This document shows positions 30,581-40,811 of a stretch of 64,000 nt of DNA, piece by piece. The notes beneath the pieces were generated by a model. The model did no database searches. It had not been told where the DNA came from and saw only the letters and a program-made list of their open reading frames with translations. Source of the DNA: an uncultured bacterium (GTDB lineage Bacteria > Verrucomicrobiota > Verrucomicrobiia > Limisphaerales > UBA8199); assembly GCA_963749495.1 (NCBI GenBank), contig CAVVMW010000007.1, positions 128,001-192,000 on the forward strand, written 5' to 3'. The translations under genes and the position numbers were made by a program. The first letter of the stretch is position 1. The number at the start of each line of letters is the position of its first letter.

Positions 30581-31918
30581 ATGAACGCGCACACCCCAAA
30601 TCGCCGGGAATTTCTCAAGACCTCGATGAGCGCCGCGACGGCGCTGGCCATTCTGCCGGGGGGCCGTGCAGCCGGGCCTAACGAGAAGGTCCTCATCGGC
30701 GTGATGGGCACGGGGGGCCGGGGGACTTACCTGGCGACGGCGTTTGCGGGGCGGAGGGACGCCGAAGTGGCCTGCGTGTGCGACGCGGACACGCGGCGGA
30801 TGGGCCAGGCGCAGAAGGCGGTGGCGGCGGTCCAGGCAAAGGAGCCCAAAGCAGTGCAGGACTTCCGCCGCATCCTGGAGGACCGCAGCGTGGACGCGGT
30901 GGTCAATGCCACGCCGGACCATTGGCATGCCTTGGGCACGATCCTGGCCTGCCAGGCGGGCAAGGACGTTTATGTCGAGAAGCCCCTGTCGCACAACGTG
31001 TGGGAGGGCCGCAAGATGATTCAGGCCGCGCGCAAATATCAGCGTGTGGTCCAAGTGGGCACCCAGAGCCGCAGCTCGGCTTATGCGGCCGAGGCGCTCG
31101 AATACGTGCGAAGCGGCAGGCTGGGCGACCTGCGGCTGGTGCGCGTCTTCAACATGATGCCGCACAGCCCGATGAACCTGGGCGCGGACCAGGCGCCGCC
31201 GCCGGAGCTGGATTACGAGATGTGGTGCGGCCCGGCGGCCAAGCTGCCCTACAACCCCGGGCGCAGTTGGCTCAACATGTTCGAGTACAGTTGCGGCCCC
31301 ATCCCCGGCGACGCTGTCCACCAACTGGATCTGGCGCGCTACCTCCTGGGCGACCCGCCCCCGCCGCGCACGGTGTCGCACAGCGGCGGCATCCAGGTGC
31401 TCCAGGACGGACGCGACACCCCGGACACGCAGTTGGCTGCGTTCGATTACGGGGCTTACACCCTGCTCTTCGAGGCCTGTCTTTGGACGCCCTACATCAA
31501 CAAGACCCCCATGGAGCTGCGCGACAAGGACCGGTTGCCCAACTGGCCCTTCAACGGCACCCGCATCGAACTGCTGGGCACCCGCGGGTTCATGTACGTT
31601 GGCCGGCACGGCGACGGCTGGCAGGCCTTTGACGCCAAGGGCGAACTGGTTGCCTCGCACTTCGGCCGCCAGGGCGACCGCTTGCACCAGGACAATTTCA
31701 TCGACTGCGTCCGCTCCCGGCAAAAACCCCACTCGGACGTGGAAGCGGTGCATCACTCGACGCTCCTGTGCCACCTGGCCAACATCGCCTGGCGCGCCGG
31801 CAATCGCACGCTGGCCTTTGACGCGCAGACGGAATCGTTCCCGGACGCCCCGGAGGCCAACCGCTTCCTCAAGCGCCCCGCCTATCGCTTGCCCTGGGCC
31901 GTGCCGGAGGAGGTGTGA
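30581..31918 (+). CDS. Tat-exported Gfo/Idh/MocA oxidoreductase
   Basis: NRREFLK signal, GVMGTGGRG, TPDHWH, DVYVEKP, QVGTQSRS. Confidence 0.92.
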   Translation: MNAHTPNRREFLKTSMSAATALAILPGGRAAGPNEKVLIGVMGTGGRGTYLATAFAGRRDAEVACVCDADTRRMGQAQKAVAAVQAKEPKAVQDFRRILEDRSVDAVVNATPDHWHALGTILACQAGKDVYVEKPLSHNVWEGRKMIQAARKYQRVVQVGTQSRSSAYAAEALEYVRSGRLGDLRLVRVFNMMPHSPMNLGADQAPPPELDYEMWCGPAAKLPYNPGRSWLNMFEYSCGPIPGDAVHQLDLARYLLGDPPPPRTVSHSGGIQVLQDGRDTPDTQLAAFDYGAYTLLFEACLWTPYINKTPMELRDKDRLPNWPFNGTRIELLGTRGFMYVGRHGDGWQAFDAKGELVASHFGRQGDRLHQDNFIDCVRSRQKPHSDVEAVHHSTLLCHLANIAWRAGNRTLAFDAQTESFPDAPEANRFLKRPAYRLPWAVPEEV

Positions 31919-33207
31919 GTATTGTCCCGAGCCCCTGCCGGGGATTTCTTCCAGACGTAGCGGAACATGGCCACGCGCAGGGCGGCGGTGAGCGGGATGG
32001 CCAGGATGCCGCCGAGCAGGCCGCCCAGCAGTGTGGTCCCGACCATGACGGCGATGATGATCGTGACCGGGTGCAGGCCAACGCGGCCACCCATGATATT
32101 GGGCGAGATCAACAGCGCCTCCAGCGCCTGCACGGTGGCAAACACGACCAGCACCAGCACCGGGTGCAGCAAATCGCCGAATTGCACCAGGGCAATGATC
32201 AGCCCGGTGCAGCACGTCGCTATCGCCCCCAGGAACGGGACCATCGTGAGCACGACCGCCATGGCGCCGATCAGCACTGCATAGGGCAGACCGATGGCCA
32301 GAAAACCGATCCCGTAGAGCGTCCCGTCGCAGATCGCCACCAGCAACTGGCCCCGAAAAAAGGCGATCAGGTAATCGTTGATCGATCTGAGCACGAAGAC
32401 CAACTCCTCTTTGAACCGCGAATCGCTCACCGGCAGGTAATCGGTCCAACTCAACGAGATCCTCCGCTTCTCGAGCAGGAAATAGAACGTATAGACGGGG
32501 ATCAGGGCCAGTCCCACCAGCACGCCAAACCACGAGGCGACTCGGCCGGCCTGGCTCCAAAGCCAGGGCCCGGCCTGTTGGAGGGCCTGGGCCAGCCACC
32601 CGGCGGCGGCCTGGAGTTCCTGCTGGGCGAGCGCGCCGCCCAGGAGTGAAGGCGGGGCATTGGTTGCGGCGCCGGCAAGGGTGTTGGTCGAGCCGCTCAG
32701 GGCGGGCGGGTTGGCCGCCTCGACCGGGCCGGGCTGGTTGGTGAGGCCGGGGCCGCCCGCCGAAGCGGGAGCGGCCGCCGCGTGCTGCCGCCCGAACATC
32801 GTCCGCGCCCAGGCCGGCGGATGGTTGATCCACAGTTCGAGGGAGGCGGCCACGCGGTTGGCATAGGCTGGCACGTGCGAGGCGAATTGGCCTGTCTCGT
32901 GGATCAACTGCGGCACCACGCTGCCGAAGAGCACTCCCAACAGCAAGAGTGCCCCCACGAACACGGTCACGATCGCGCGCAGGCGCGAGGTGCCTTTGCG
33001 TTGCAGGAAATCAACCAACGGGTCCAGCAGGTAGGCCAGCATGCCGGCCACGGCCAGCGGCCAAAGCACCGGCGAGAGGATCTGCACCACCTTGCCCAGC
33101 CCCCAAATCAGGGCCGCCACCAGCGCCACCACCACCGCTATGGCCAGGCCCGTCGCCGCCAGCCAGATGAGCCGCGCCTGCCGTTCAGTGGGAGGAGGGA
33201 GGGTCAC
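31882..33207 (-). CDS. AI-2E family transporter
   Basis: LAYLLDPLV, FFRGQL, PFLG, GLHPV, GGILAIP motifs. Confidence 0.9.
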   Translation of the reverse strand: MTLPPPTERQARLIWLAATGLAIAVVVALVAALIWGLGKVVQILSPVLWPLAVAGMLAYLLDPLVDFLQRKGTSRLRAIVTVFVGALLLLGVLFGSVVPQLIHETGQFASHVPAYANRVAASLELWINHPPAWARTMFGRQHAAAAPASAGGPGLTNQPGPVEAANPPALSGSTNTLAGAATNAPPSLLGGALAQQELQAAAGWLAQALQQAGPWLWSQAGRVASWFGVLVGLALIPVYTFYFLLEKRRISLSWTDYLPVSDSRFKEELVFVLRSINDYLIAFFRGQLLVAICDGTLYGIGFLAIGLPYAVLIGAMAVVLTMVPFLGAIATCCTGLIIALVQFGDLLHPVLVLVVFATVQALEALLISPNIMGGRVGLHPVTIIIAVMVGTTLLGGLLGGILAIPLTAALRVAMFRYVWKKSPAGARDNTHTSSGTAQGKR

Positions 33208-34016
33208 AGGCCCAGCTTCCTGGACTTGTCGGCGGCGGCGCGGACGGCGTTCATGAGGGTGGCGCGCAGGGCGCCCTTTTCCAGCTCATGGATGCCCTCG
33301 ATCGTGGTGCCGCCCGGGCTGGCAACCATGTCCTTGAGCGCGCCCGGGTGCAGCCCGGTCTCCAGGACCATCCTGGCCCCGCCCAGGACCGTCTGGGCCG
33401 CCAGCCGCATGGCTATGTCGCGTGGCAGGCCCGCCGCCACCCCGCCATCACTGAGGGCCTCGATGAGCACATACACATACGCCGGCCCGCTCCCGCTCAA
33501 ACCGGTGACGGCGTCGAGCAGGGCTTCTTTGAGAGCGAAGGCGATGCCGACCGAAGAGAAGAGCCGTTGGGCCAGCGCGCCGTCTTCGGGCGTGGCCGAC
33601 TTGCCCAACGCAAAGGCGGTGGCGGAAGCGCCCACCAGCGCCGGCGTGTTGGGCATCACGCGCACCAGGCGGGCGCCCGCGCCCAGCCCGGCCTCCAGCC
33701 GGGCCAGCGGCACCCCGGCGGCAATCGAGAGCAGCAGGTGCCGGGGTGTGAAGTGGCTGCGAATCTCGGCCAGCACGCCGGCCACCTGGTCCGGTTTGAC
33801 CGCCAGGATCAGCACCGCCGCCGCTTGGACAACCTCCGCATTGGCACCCGATGTCCTGGCGCCCGTCTCCCTCGAGAAGGCCGTCCGCGCCTCCTGGCTC
33901 GGGTCGCCGGCGATGATCCCCTCTGCCGCAACCAGCCCCGCCCGGAGAAAACCCCGCGCCAGCGCCGTGGCCATCTTGCCCGCCCCAAGGAAACCGATGG
34001 TGAGATTTTCTGCCAT
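33204..34016 (-). CDS. proC: Pyrroline-5-carboxylate reductase
   Basis: GAGKMA, LAVKP, RVMPNTP, TGLSGSGPAY, SPGGTT. Confidence 0.97.
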   Translation of the reverse strand: MAENLTIGFLGAGKMATALARGFLRAGLVAAEGIIAGDPSQEARTAFSRETGARTSGANAEVVQAAAVLILAVKPDQVAGVLAEIRSHFTPRHLLLSIAAGVPLARLEAGLGAGARLVRVMPNTPALVGASATAFALGKSATPEDGALAQRLFSSVGIAFALKEALLDAVTGLSGSGPAYVYVLIEALSDGGVAAGLPRDIAMRLAAQTVLGGARMVLETGLHPGALKDMVASPGGTTIEGIHELEKGALRATLMNAVRAAADKSRKLGL

Positions 34017-34141
34017 GACCGGTACTTACCTATACAGGCGGCTAGTGGAAAGCCCAAATGTTGGCCGCCATAAAGTCATCGCGTCCCTTTTGTCCCTTTT
34101 GTCCCTTCAGCGAGGGACAAAAGCGACAAAAGGGACGGATT

Positions 34142-35302
34142 TCAGAACCTGTGCACGAGCTTTTCCACCAGGAACGTGCTCTCGCGCATGGCCTGTTCGC
34201 TGAAGGGCCCGAACCACTCGGCCACGTGGCGAAAACGGGCGATGAACTCCGCCTTGTCCCCGCGCTCGACCCAGCCCAGGTTCTGCTGGAGGGATTGCAG
34301 GTACTCCTTGAGCAGCGCCAGGCGCTGGGGTGTGGCAAAGACGATCTCGGCGTAAAGGGATGGGTCCTGGGCGAAGAGGCGGCCGACCATGGCCAATTCG
34401 AGGCGGTAGATCGGGCTGGACAATTCAAGCGTGCGGAGGATCGGGACGCGCCGCGAGTGGAGGAACTGGCCGAAGGCGAACGTGGCGAAGTGGCGGAGGG
34501 CCTGGACAATGCCCATGACTTCATCATGCTCCTCCGGCGAGGTCTCGACCAGGACATTGCCCCAGGTGGCCAATTGCTCGAGCAGCCACTGGCAGGCCTC
34601 CGTCTGGCGGCCCGGTGTGACCACGACGATCTGTTTGTCCATGCTCGCCGTGGCCAGCCCGAAGAGGGGATGGAGGCCGACGACAGGCCCCGGATGGGCC
34701 TCGAGCATGGCCCTCAAGGGCTCGCGCTTGAGACTGGTGATGTCGGCCAGGATGCAACCAGAGGGCAAGGACGGGGCTATCTTGGCCGCCACGGCGGCGG
34801 TGACATCGATCGGGACAGCCAGCAGACAGAGTTCGATGCCGGCCGTGAGCGTGGTGACCTGGGGCCAGTCATCCCGGTCCAGGATGCGCACGTCGTAATC
34901 CGATTGGGTGAACCACCCGCCGAAAAACCGGCCCATGCTGCCGCACCCCCCGACAATGAGCACGCGGGCGCCCGGCCGCGCCCCCCGCCGCCCCAGCGTC
35001 TGGAGTTGCCCCACCCGCGAATGGCGCAGCACTGCCCGGAAGAGGTCCTCGATGTAATCCGGGTCCAGGCCCGCCCGCACGGCCTGGGCGCGGCGCGCCG
35101 AGATCAGGTCCTCCTCGCGCGCCGGGTGAAAGGTGGGCAAATCGTGGTCTTGCTTGACCCGCACAACCTGCTCGACCACACGCCGCCTCTGCGCCAGCAA
35201 CGCCACCAATTGCTGATCGATGGCGTCGATCTCTGCGCGAAGCCGTTCGATGTCCGCGGGGCCCGCCGCCGCTCCGGCGGTTCTGGATTCCTGTTCGTTC
35301 AT
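34142..35302 (-). CDS. tyrA: Bifunctional chorismate mutase/prephenate dehydrogenase
   Basis: [16 protein letters not shown] domain; GGCGSMG, DITSLK, HPLFG, EHDEVM..VQALRHF. Confidence 0.92.
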   Translation of the reverse strand: MNEQESRTAGAAAGPADIERLRAEIDAIDQQLVALLAQRRRVVEQVVRVKQDHDLPTFHPAREEDLISARRAQAVRAGLDPDYIEDLFRAVLRHSRVGQLQTLGRRGARPGARVLIVGGCGSMGRFFGGWFTQSDYDVRILDRDDWPQVTTLTAGIELCLLAVPIDVTAAVAAKIAPSLPSGCILADITSLKREPLRAMLEAHPGPVVGLHPLFGLATASMDKQIVVVTPGRQTEACQWLLEQLATWGNVLVETSPEEHDEVMGIVQALRHFATFAFGQFLHSRRVPILRTLELSSPIYRLELAMVGRLFAQDPSLYAEIVFATPQRLALLKEYLQSLQQNLGWVERGDKAEFIARFRHVAEWFGPFSEQAMRESTFLVEKLVHRF

Positions 35303-35549
35303 GTCTTGGTCCTTTGGGAGGTTATCCCGGCGGCGGCGCCCGCGCAAAAAGTTTTAGGCAGGGCGAGGGGGCGAGGGGGTATCTGGGTTGTACCACTGTG
35401 GGGCAGACCTCTGGTCTGCCCCACGGGACTTGCCAATGCCATGGTGCTACAGACCCGATGCGCCCAGGGGGCGCCGTTTTCTCAAGTTGACGCCCTCCAC
35501 GGCTTGTGTTTAGCTGTGATCGTGAATTTGTGCTGATTATGTTCTGATT

Positions 35550-36008
35550 ATGATCACAGCAGACCCTCCCACCGCGAGTCATGATCAGGTGGTGCGAGAC
35601 GCGATGGCGTCTGAGCCACTGAAGGGGATTACGGTTGAGTGTTTTCAAGCGATAATGAATTCGGCTGCCGCACAGCCGGGTGTTCAGCCGGACTTCGCAA
35701 ATGCGTTGAGAGCCGCGGGTTGGCTTGTGGAAGCGGCTGCGTTTCGTGATCTAGAGGAGAGATTCATATCCGAAGGGACCCATCGCCCCTATTTGTCCGG
35801 TCTGATCGCCAGCGGGGAGGCCCTTGTTTGGGCGGCCAGGAAAGACGGGATGGCGGCAACAGCCTCGTCCCCCTTCAAATTCACGTTGGAGGATGTGCAG
35901 GCCACTCTCGATTCTCTCCATACGACCTTTCGTTGCGAGTGTGGCCCAAAGAATTCTCAGAAGACAAACGAGCTAATCGCCCAACTATTCGATGGCTCGA
36001 AATCCTGA
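35550..36008 (+). CDS. Hypothetical protein
   Basis: Open frame in a lower-GC patch, overlapping the next ORF; no recognised motif. Confidence 0.55.
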   Translation: MITADPPTASHDQVVRDAMASEPLKGITVECFQAIMNSAAAQPGVQPDFANALRAAGWLVEAAAFRDLEERFISEGTHRPYLSGLIASGEALVWAARKDGMAATASSPFKFTLEDVQATLDSLHTTFRCECGPKNSQKTNELIAQLFDGSKS

Positions 36009-36249
36009 AATTGAGGGGATTCTCGAAGCCTGGTGGCAATGGGAACATGGTCTGCCAAGTTTGCCAGGCGAAAAGGCCAGCTCAAAAAAGCAGCTTGATG
36101 AATTGTTGGATGTCGTGGTTGACAGGAGCCAGCGTCTCTACACACGCGAACAAATTCTCGACCACCTTTATTCTCAATACAAGGACTATAAGCTCCAGAG
36201 GAGGAAGAGCGAACAAGTGGCGGTGGCGCAATCCGCAATGAAGAAATGA
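35992..36249 (+). CDS. Small helical hypothetical protein
   Basis: 85 aa, protein-like composition, overlaps the upstream ORF by 17 nt. Confidence 0.55.
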   Translation: MARNPEIEGILEAWWQWEHGLPSLPGEKASSKKQLDELLDVVVDRSQRLYTREQILDHLYSQYKDYKLQRRKSEQVAVAQSAMKK

Positions 36250-36547
36250 ACGCGCCGGAACGGGAATGAAACGGCCCGGGAGCGATTCTGTCTGGGCCAC
36301 TCTTGGCCCCTCCTCGGTTCGCTCCAAGTTATCCACGATCCAGCGTTGGATCTGAAAGACACTTTCGCACCTCATCATGACCAGGGTGGGGCGTTCGAAG
36401 GCTGCGAAGCTCTCGAGTTTAATCACGCCGACGCGCTGTTCGTGCCGCCGGCGCAGCCTTTGGTTCGCCCGGCACAGCGGTTGGTGACATAATGCTGGCG
36501 AGCCGGCGCAAGACGGTGTTGTTTAAGCGGCAAATTGGAGCACGGAC

Positions 36548-37736
36548 ATGAATCGGCGCTACGACTTGGATTGGCTGCGGGTGATTGCCTTCGCCCTGCT
36601 CATGCTCTTCCACACGGGCATGTTGTTCAGCACCTGGGATTGGCACGTCAAGAACATCGAGACCAACGCGGGGTTCGACTACGTCATGCGGTTCGTGCAC
36701 CAATGGCGAATGCCCTTGCTCTTCTTCATCTCCGGCTCCGCCGTCTGGTTCGCCATGGAACGTTACTCCACCTGGCGGTTTTTCCTCGAACGCCACAAGC
36801 GCCTGCTGCTGCCGCTGGTCTTCGGGATGCTCGTCGTCATCCCGCCCCAGGTTTATCACGAGCGGCTCTATCACCATCAGCAATACGCCTCGTTTTGGGA
36901 TTTCTATCCCACCACATTCACCTCGGGCGGCTATCCGCAGGGCAACCTCTCCTGGCACCACCTGTGGTATGTGCCCTACATCTGGACCTACTCGATGCTC
37001 CTGCTCCCGGCATTTGCGTGGCTGCGCTCGAGCCGGGGGCGGCCGTGGCTGGAACGGGCGCAGCGGTGGATAGGCCGCCCATGGGCGCTCTTCCTGCCTC
37101 TTCATCCCCGCGGCGCTCTCGGATGCCCTTCTCAGGCCGTTCTGGCCGAACGATGCGAACAACCTCGTGTCCGACTGGGCCAACTTCTCGCACAAGCTCA
37201 CCTTCTTTGCCATCGGTTTCGCGCTGGCCTCGGGCACGCGTGTCTATGACCGCATCGCGGCCCAGCGGCGCAAGTTCCTGCTGGCGGCAGTGGTGACGCT
37301 GGGCATCCTGCACCCGCTCTGGTATTCCGAGCGGCGTTATGCGCCGACGGCGGCCATGGTGGTTTACCATTTTCTGAACAATTTTCATATCTGGATGTGG
37401 CTGCTGGCCGCCTTGGGATACGGGCGGCGCTACTTGAGCTTCAATCATCCCTTCCTCCGGCGCGCCAACGAAGCGGTCTATCCCTTCTACATTTTGCACC
37501 AGACCGTGATTATCATCATTGGTTACCATCTGGCTTATGCCAATTGGAGCATCGCGGTGAAGTTCCCGCTCGCCGCCGCCGCGACGTTTCTCATCTGCTG
37601 GGCCATTTATGCCCTGGCCATCCGCCCCTGGAACCTCCTCCGTGTGGCCTTCGGCATGAAATGGCAGCGCGCCCGCCCGGCGGACGAGGCGCGGGCCAAA
37701 ACCATCCCCTCGCCGACGGGGACCCAAACAGTGTGA
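36548..37736 (+). CDS. Acyltransferase family 3 (OpgC/MdoC-like), frameshift near 37100
   Basis: RRYDLDWLR, WRMPLLFFISG, HLWY in frame 1; NEAVYPFYILHQ in frame 2. Confidence 0.85.
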
Positions 37737-37878
37737 GCAAAATGAACTGGACCCTCTCCATGAACCGACCCCGAGCCCGCAAGGTTCTGGACTGCGGCAG
37801 TCCAAAACGCTCCGCGCCGGGCTAGACCCGTCCGTTGCACGGTCCCGATGCGCGATCCCAGAGTCCTGGATACGTTCC

Positions 37879-39009
37879 ATGAGCCTTGCCCTGTTCCGCG
37901 TCCTGAGCTTCCTGCTGCTCTTTCTCCTGTGCTCCTGCACCCATCGCGGCGGACAACTGGTTTGCCGCCAGTTCGAGGCGCCGTCGCTCGCGGCCAACCG
38001 GTTTGGGATCTCGGCGCGGCAGCAACTGGCCATCTATCTGCCTCCCTCGTATCGGGAGGGCACACGCCGCTTCCCGGTGCTTTATTTTCTGCCGAACTTC
38101 GACAACATCATCGAGCGTTACACAGGCGGCTCCTACCAGGGATTTCGCCTGAAGGAGGCCATGGACAGCCTGATCCGCAACGGCGCCGCCGGAGAGGTCA
38201 TCGTCGTGGTGCCGAACGCTCATCATTTCCTGGGCGGAAGCTGGTACCACAACTCGCCCCTAACGGGCAATTGGGAGGATTACGTCGTCAACGACGTGGT
38301 CCAGTACATGGACCGGCACTTCCGCACCGTGCCGGCCGCTACGGCCCGCGGCCTGGCCGGGCATGGCATGGGTGGCACCGGGGCGCTGGTGCTGGGGCTC
38401 AAGCACCCGGACCGGTTCAGCGCCGTCTATGCCCTGAGCCCGGCGCTCTTTGATCCGGACGGTCTGAGGGACTCGGGCCTGGTGAGCCAACGCCAGCTTC
38501 TCCGATGGCAGGCCCTTCTGGGACGGTGTCAGGGCCTGGGCGATGCGGCCCGGCGCCGGACCTTCCGGGATTACGTACAGGCCCGGCTCAACAGCCCCTC
38601 CCGAGAGACGTTCTTCGAGGGGTTGAGCGTCTCCTATGCCGCCGCCGTGGCTCCCGACCTGGCCTTGCCTTACCCGCACATCGCATGGCCGGCCCCGGGC
38701 AACGCGGCGGACTCGCAGGCGGCCCTGCTTGCCCGCTATGAAAAGGGCCTGGGCGGCTGGAGCGACAAACTGGCCGCCTATCGCGCCCGGGGCATTTCCC
38801 TCAAGGCAATCACCCTGGAAGACGGCGGGGATGGGGATTTCCCTTGGATTTGCCGCGGTGTGGAATATGTGGCCGGCCTGATGCGGGCCCAGGGCATTGG
38901 CGTCAGCGTGGCAGTGCATTCCGGCGGGCATGAATTGAGGCTGGGAGGGCGCCTGGAATGCGCTATGCTCCCAGCCATGGCCAACACGCTGCAGAGCCCG
39001 CATGAGTGA
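37879..39009 (+). CDS. Exported alpha/beta-hydrolase (esterase family) with atypical nucleophile elbow
   Basis: IYLPPSY, FPVLY, GSWY.NS..GNWEDY, GHGMGG, HPDRFSAVYALSP, GGH. Confidence 0.85.
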   Translation: MSLALFRVLSFLLLFLLCSCTHRGGQLVCRQFEAPSLAANRFGISARQQLAIYLPPSYREGTRRFPVLYFLPNFDNIIERYTGGSYQGFRLKEAMDSLIRNGAAGEVIVVVPNAHHFLGGSWYHNSPLTGNWEDYVVNDVVQYMDRHFRTVPAATARGLAGHGMGGTGALVLGLKHPDRFSAVYALSPALFDPDGLRDSGLVSQRQLLRWQALLGRCQGLGDAARRRTFRDYVQARLNSPSRETFFEGLSVSYAAAVAPDLALPYPHIAWPAPGNAADSQAALLARYEKGLGGWSDKLAAYRARGISLKAITLEDGGDGDFPWICRGVEYVAGLMRAQGIGVSVAVHSGGHELRLGGRLECAMLPAMANTLQSPHE

Positions 39010-39249
39010 GAACCACATAACGACACAGGCCGGCGCCCCGGCAGAGCGCCGGCGGGGCGGGCGCGGCGTCATTGGATTGAGCTTTGCGACCTGAACTGGG
39101 GAGTCGCCTTCCTGGTCAACCTGGAGGCCCTGCGCGAGCTGGCGCCCCTGGGCCAAGGCGACTGCGTGGCCGTGCTCAAATCGGGCGTCCGCCTCAACGC
39201 GCGGCGCAGTTACAAGGACCGCCTCCTCCAGGCCATGGGCGGCTCCTAA
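39002..39249 (+). pseudogene. LytTR DNA-binding domain remnant
   Basis: Hand translation gives RRHWIELCDLNWGVAFLVNLEALRELAPLGQGDCVAVLKSGVRLNARRSYKDRL; the domain middle is missing and the frame is broken after ATG 39002. Confidence 0.65.
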
Positions 39250-39377
39250 AGGCTGAAGGCTAAAGGCTGAAGGCTAAAGTGCAGAGGCCAAAGGTGCATG
39301 AGGCAGCCCACACGTCCTTACGACCCATGGCACCCCGTTCCCGCACTTCAGCCTTCAGCCTTTAGCCTTTAGCCTTT
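39250..39377. repeat. Inverted pair of heptamer tandem repeats (AGGCTRA)n / (TYAGCCT)n between convergent genes
   Basis: Directly visible. Confidence 0.85.
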
Positions 39378-40452
39378 AGCCCTCGGCCAGTCTGGCCATA
39401 GCCGTTTCCTGCTGCTCGATGGACTGGAGGAGCCTGAACTGGGTGCGGCAGCGGTCGAGGTTGTGGCCCTGGCGATGCACCTTGAAATAGGCGTCGCCGG
39501 CCAGAAAATCCGTGAGGAAGCGGATGCCGATTTCAAAGGTGATGAGCTTGCCGGAGGCGGGCAGGAGCCTTTTCTCGGCGGGGGTCAGGAAGGCGGCCGC
39601 CGAGGCCAGGTAGCCGCGGACCAGCGCCTCGAACATCGGGAATTGCATTTTCACTTGCGACAAATCCCTCTCGTCCTCTGCTGCCGGGCTGGTCGCCGTG
39701 CGCACCATGTCGCCAAAATCGTAAAGCGCCAGGCCGGGCATGACCGTGTCCAAGTCGATCACACAAATCCCCTCGCCCGTGGCGTCGTCCAGCATGACGT
39801 TGTTGAACTTGGTGTCGTTGTGCGTCACCCGCTCCGGCAAATTCGCATCGAGGAGCAGGCTGCAAATCGCCTTGTGCCTCATGGCAAACTCGATTTCCGG
39901 CCGGGCGAGCCGGGCGCGATTGGCCGGGTCGGCTTCAATGGCCTTTTCCAGGGCGGCGAATCGTTTGGGGGTGTGATGGAAATCGGGGATGGTGTCGTGC
40001 AGCCGCGGCGCGGGCAGGTCGGCCAGGAGTTGCTGGAAGCGTCCGAAGGCCCTGGCGGCCTGGAGGGCCTGTTGCGGGGATTCGACGGCCTCGAAGGTCC
40101 GCGCCTTTTCGATGAAGATGTAGGCGCGCCAGTAGTTGCCGCGCGGGTCGCGGTGATAGGCCAGGCCGTCGCAGGCCGGGATCAGGGTCAACACGCGGCG
40201 GCTCCAGCCGGGTTGGCCGGCGGACTTCCGGCGGAGGTGCCCGATGACGCGCTGGATGTTATCCATGAGGGCCGGCGGGTTTGTGAAGATGTGATGGTTG
40301 ACCCTCTGGAAGATGTAGCGCACCGGCGCGCCGGCCTGGTCGAACACGACGCAGTAGGTGTCGTTGATGTGGCCGTTGCCGTAAGGCCCCGCCTGCAAAA
40401 ACTCGCCGTGGATTTGGAAATGCCGCGCCACGGCGCGGAGGTCGTGTTTCAA
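39376..40452 (-). CDS. Aminoglycoside phosphotransferase family kinase (N-acetylhexosamine 1-kinase-like)
   Basis: GNGHINDTY, TIPDFHHTPKR, HNDTKFNN, IDLDTVMPG, RFLTDFLAGD.YFK. Confidence 0.9.
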   Translation of the reverse strand: MKHDLRAVARHFQIHGEFLQAGPYGNGHINDTYCVVFDQAGAPVRYIFQRVNHHIFTNPPALMDNIQRVIGHLRRKSAGQPGWSRRVLTLIPACDGLAYHRDPRGNYWRAYIFIEKARTFEAVESPQQALQAARAFGRFQQLLADLPAPRLHDTIPDFHHTPKRFAALEKAIEADPANRARLARPEIEFAMRHKAICSLLLDANLPERVTHNDTKFNNVMLDDATGEGICVIDLDTVMPGLALYDFGDMVRTATSPAAEDERDLSQVKMQFPMFEALVRGYLASAAAFLTPAEKRLLPASGKLITFEIGIRFLTDFLAGDAYFKVHRQGHNLDRCRTQFRLLQSIEQQETAMARLAEG

Positions 40453-40556
40453 GTTCTTGCCCAGTGTAGTTCCTACGGCCCCGCAGAGTCAAAACAGACG
40501 CTGGGCTCCCAAAGGGGGCTTGCGTGCGGCCCAGCAATCAATAGTATTTTAGTAGT

Positions 40557-40811
40557 ATGAGACGCCACACGCAATTGCCAGTCCCTGTGGACCCGGAAAC
40601 CAAGAGTATGATCGAGGAGGCGGCCCTCAAGACGCATCTCTCCCAGGCCGCTGTCATGCGGATGGCGCTGCGCTTTGGGACTCCGGAGGTGGTTCGGCGC
40701 TTCGAAGTAGCAAAGCGTCCGCGCCGCAATTTCGCAGACTACCTCGGCCTGTTCGCCGGCGTGGTGCAGCGCAACCGGGAGCTGGTCAATTCATGCTGTG
40801 ACAGTTCATGA
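40557..40811 (+). CDS. Small ribbon-helix-helix / antitoxin-like protein
   Basis: LPVPVDPETKSMIEEAA...SQAAVMRMAL pattern. Confidence 0.55.
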   Translation: MRRHTQLPVPVDPETKSMIEEAALKTHLSQAAVMRMALRFGTPEVVRRFEVAKRPRRNFADYLGLFAGVVQRNRELVNSCCDSS

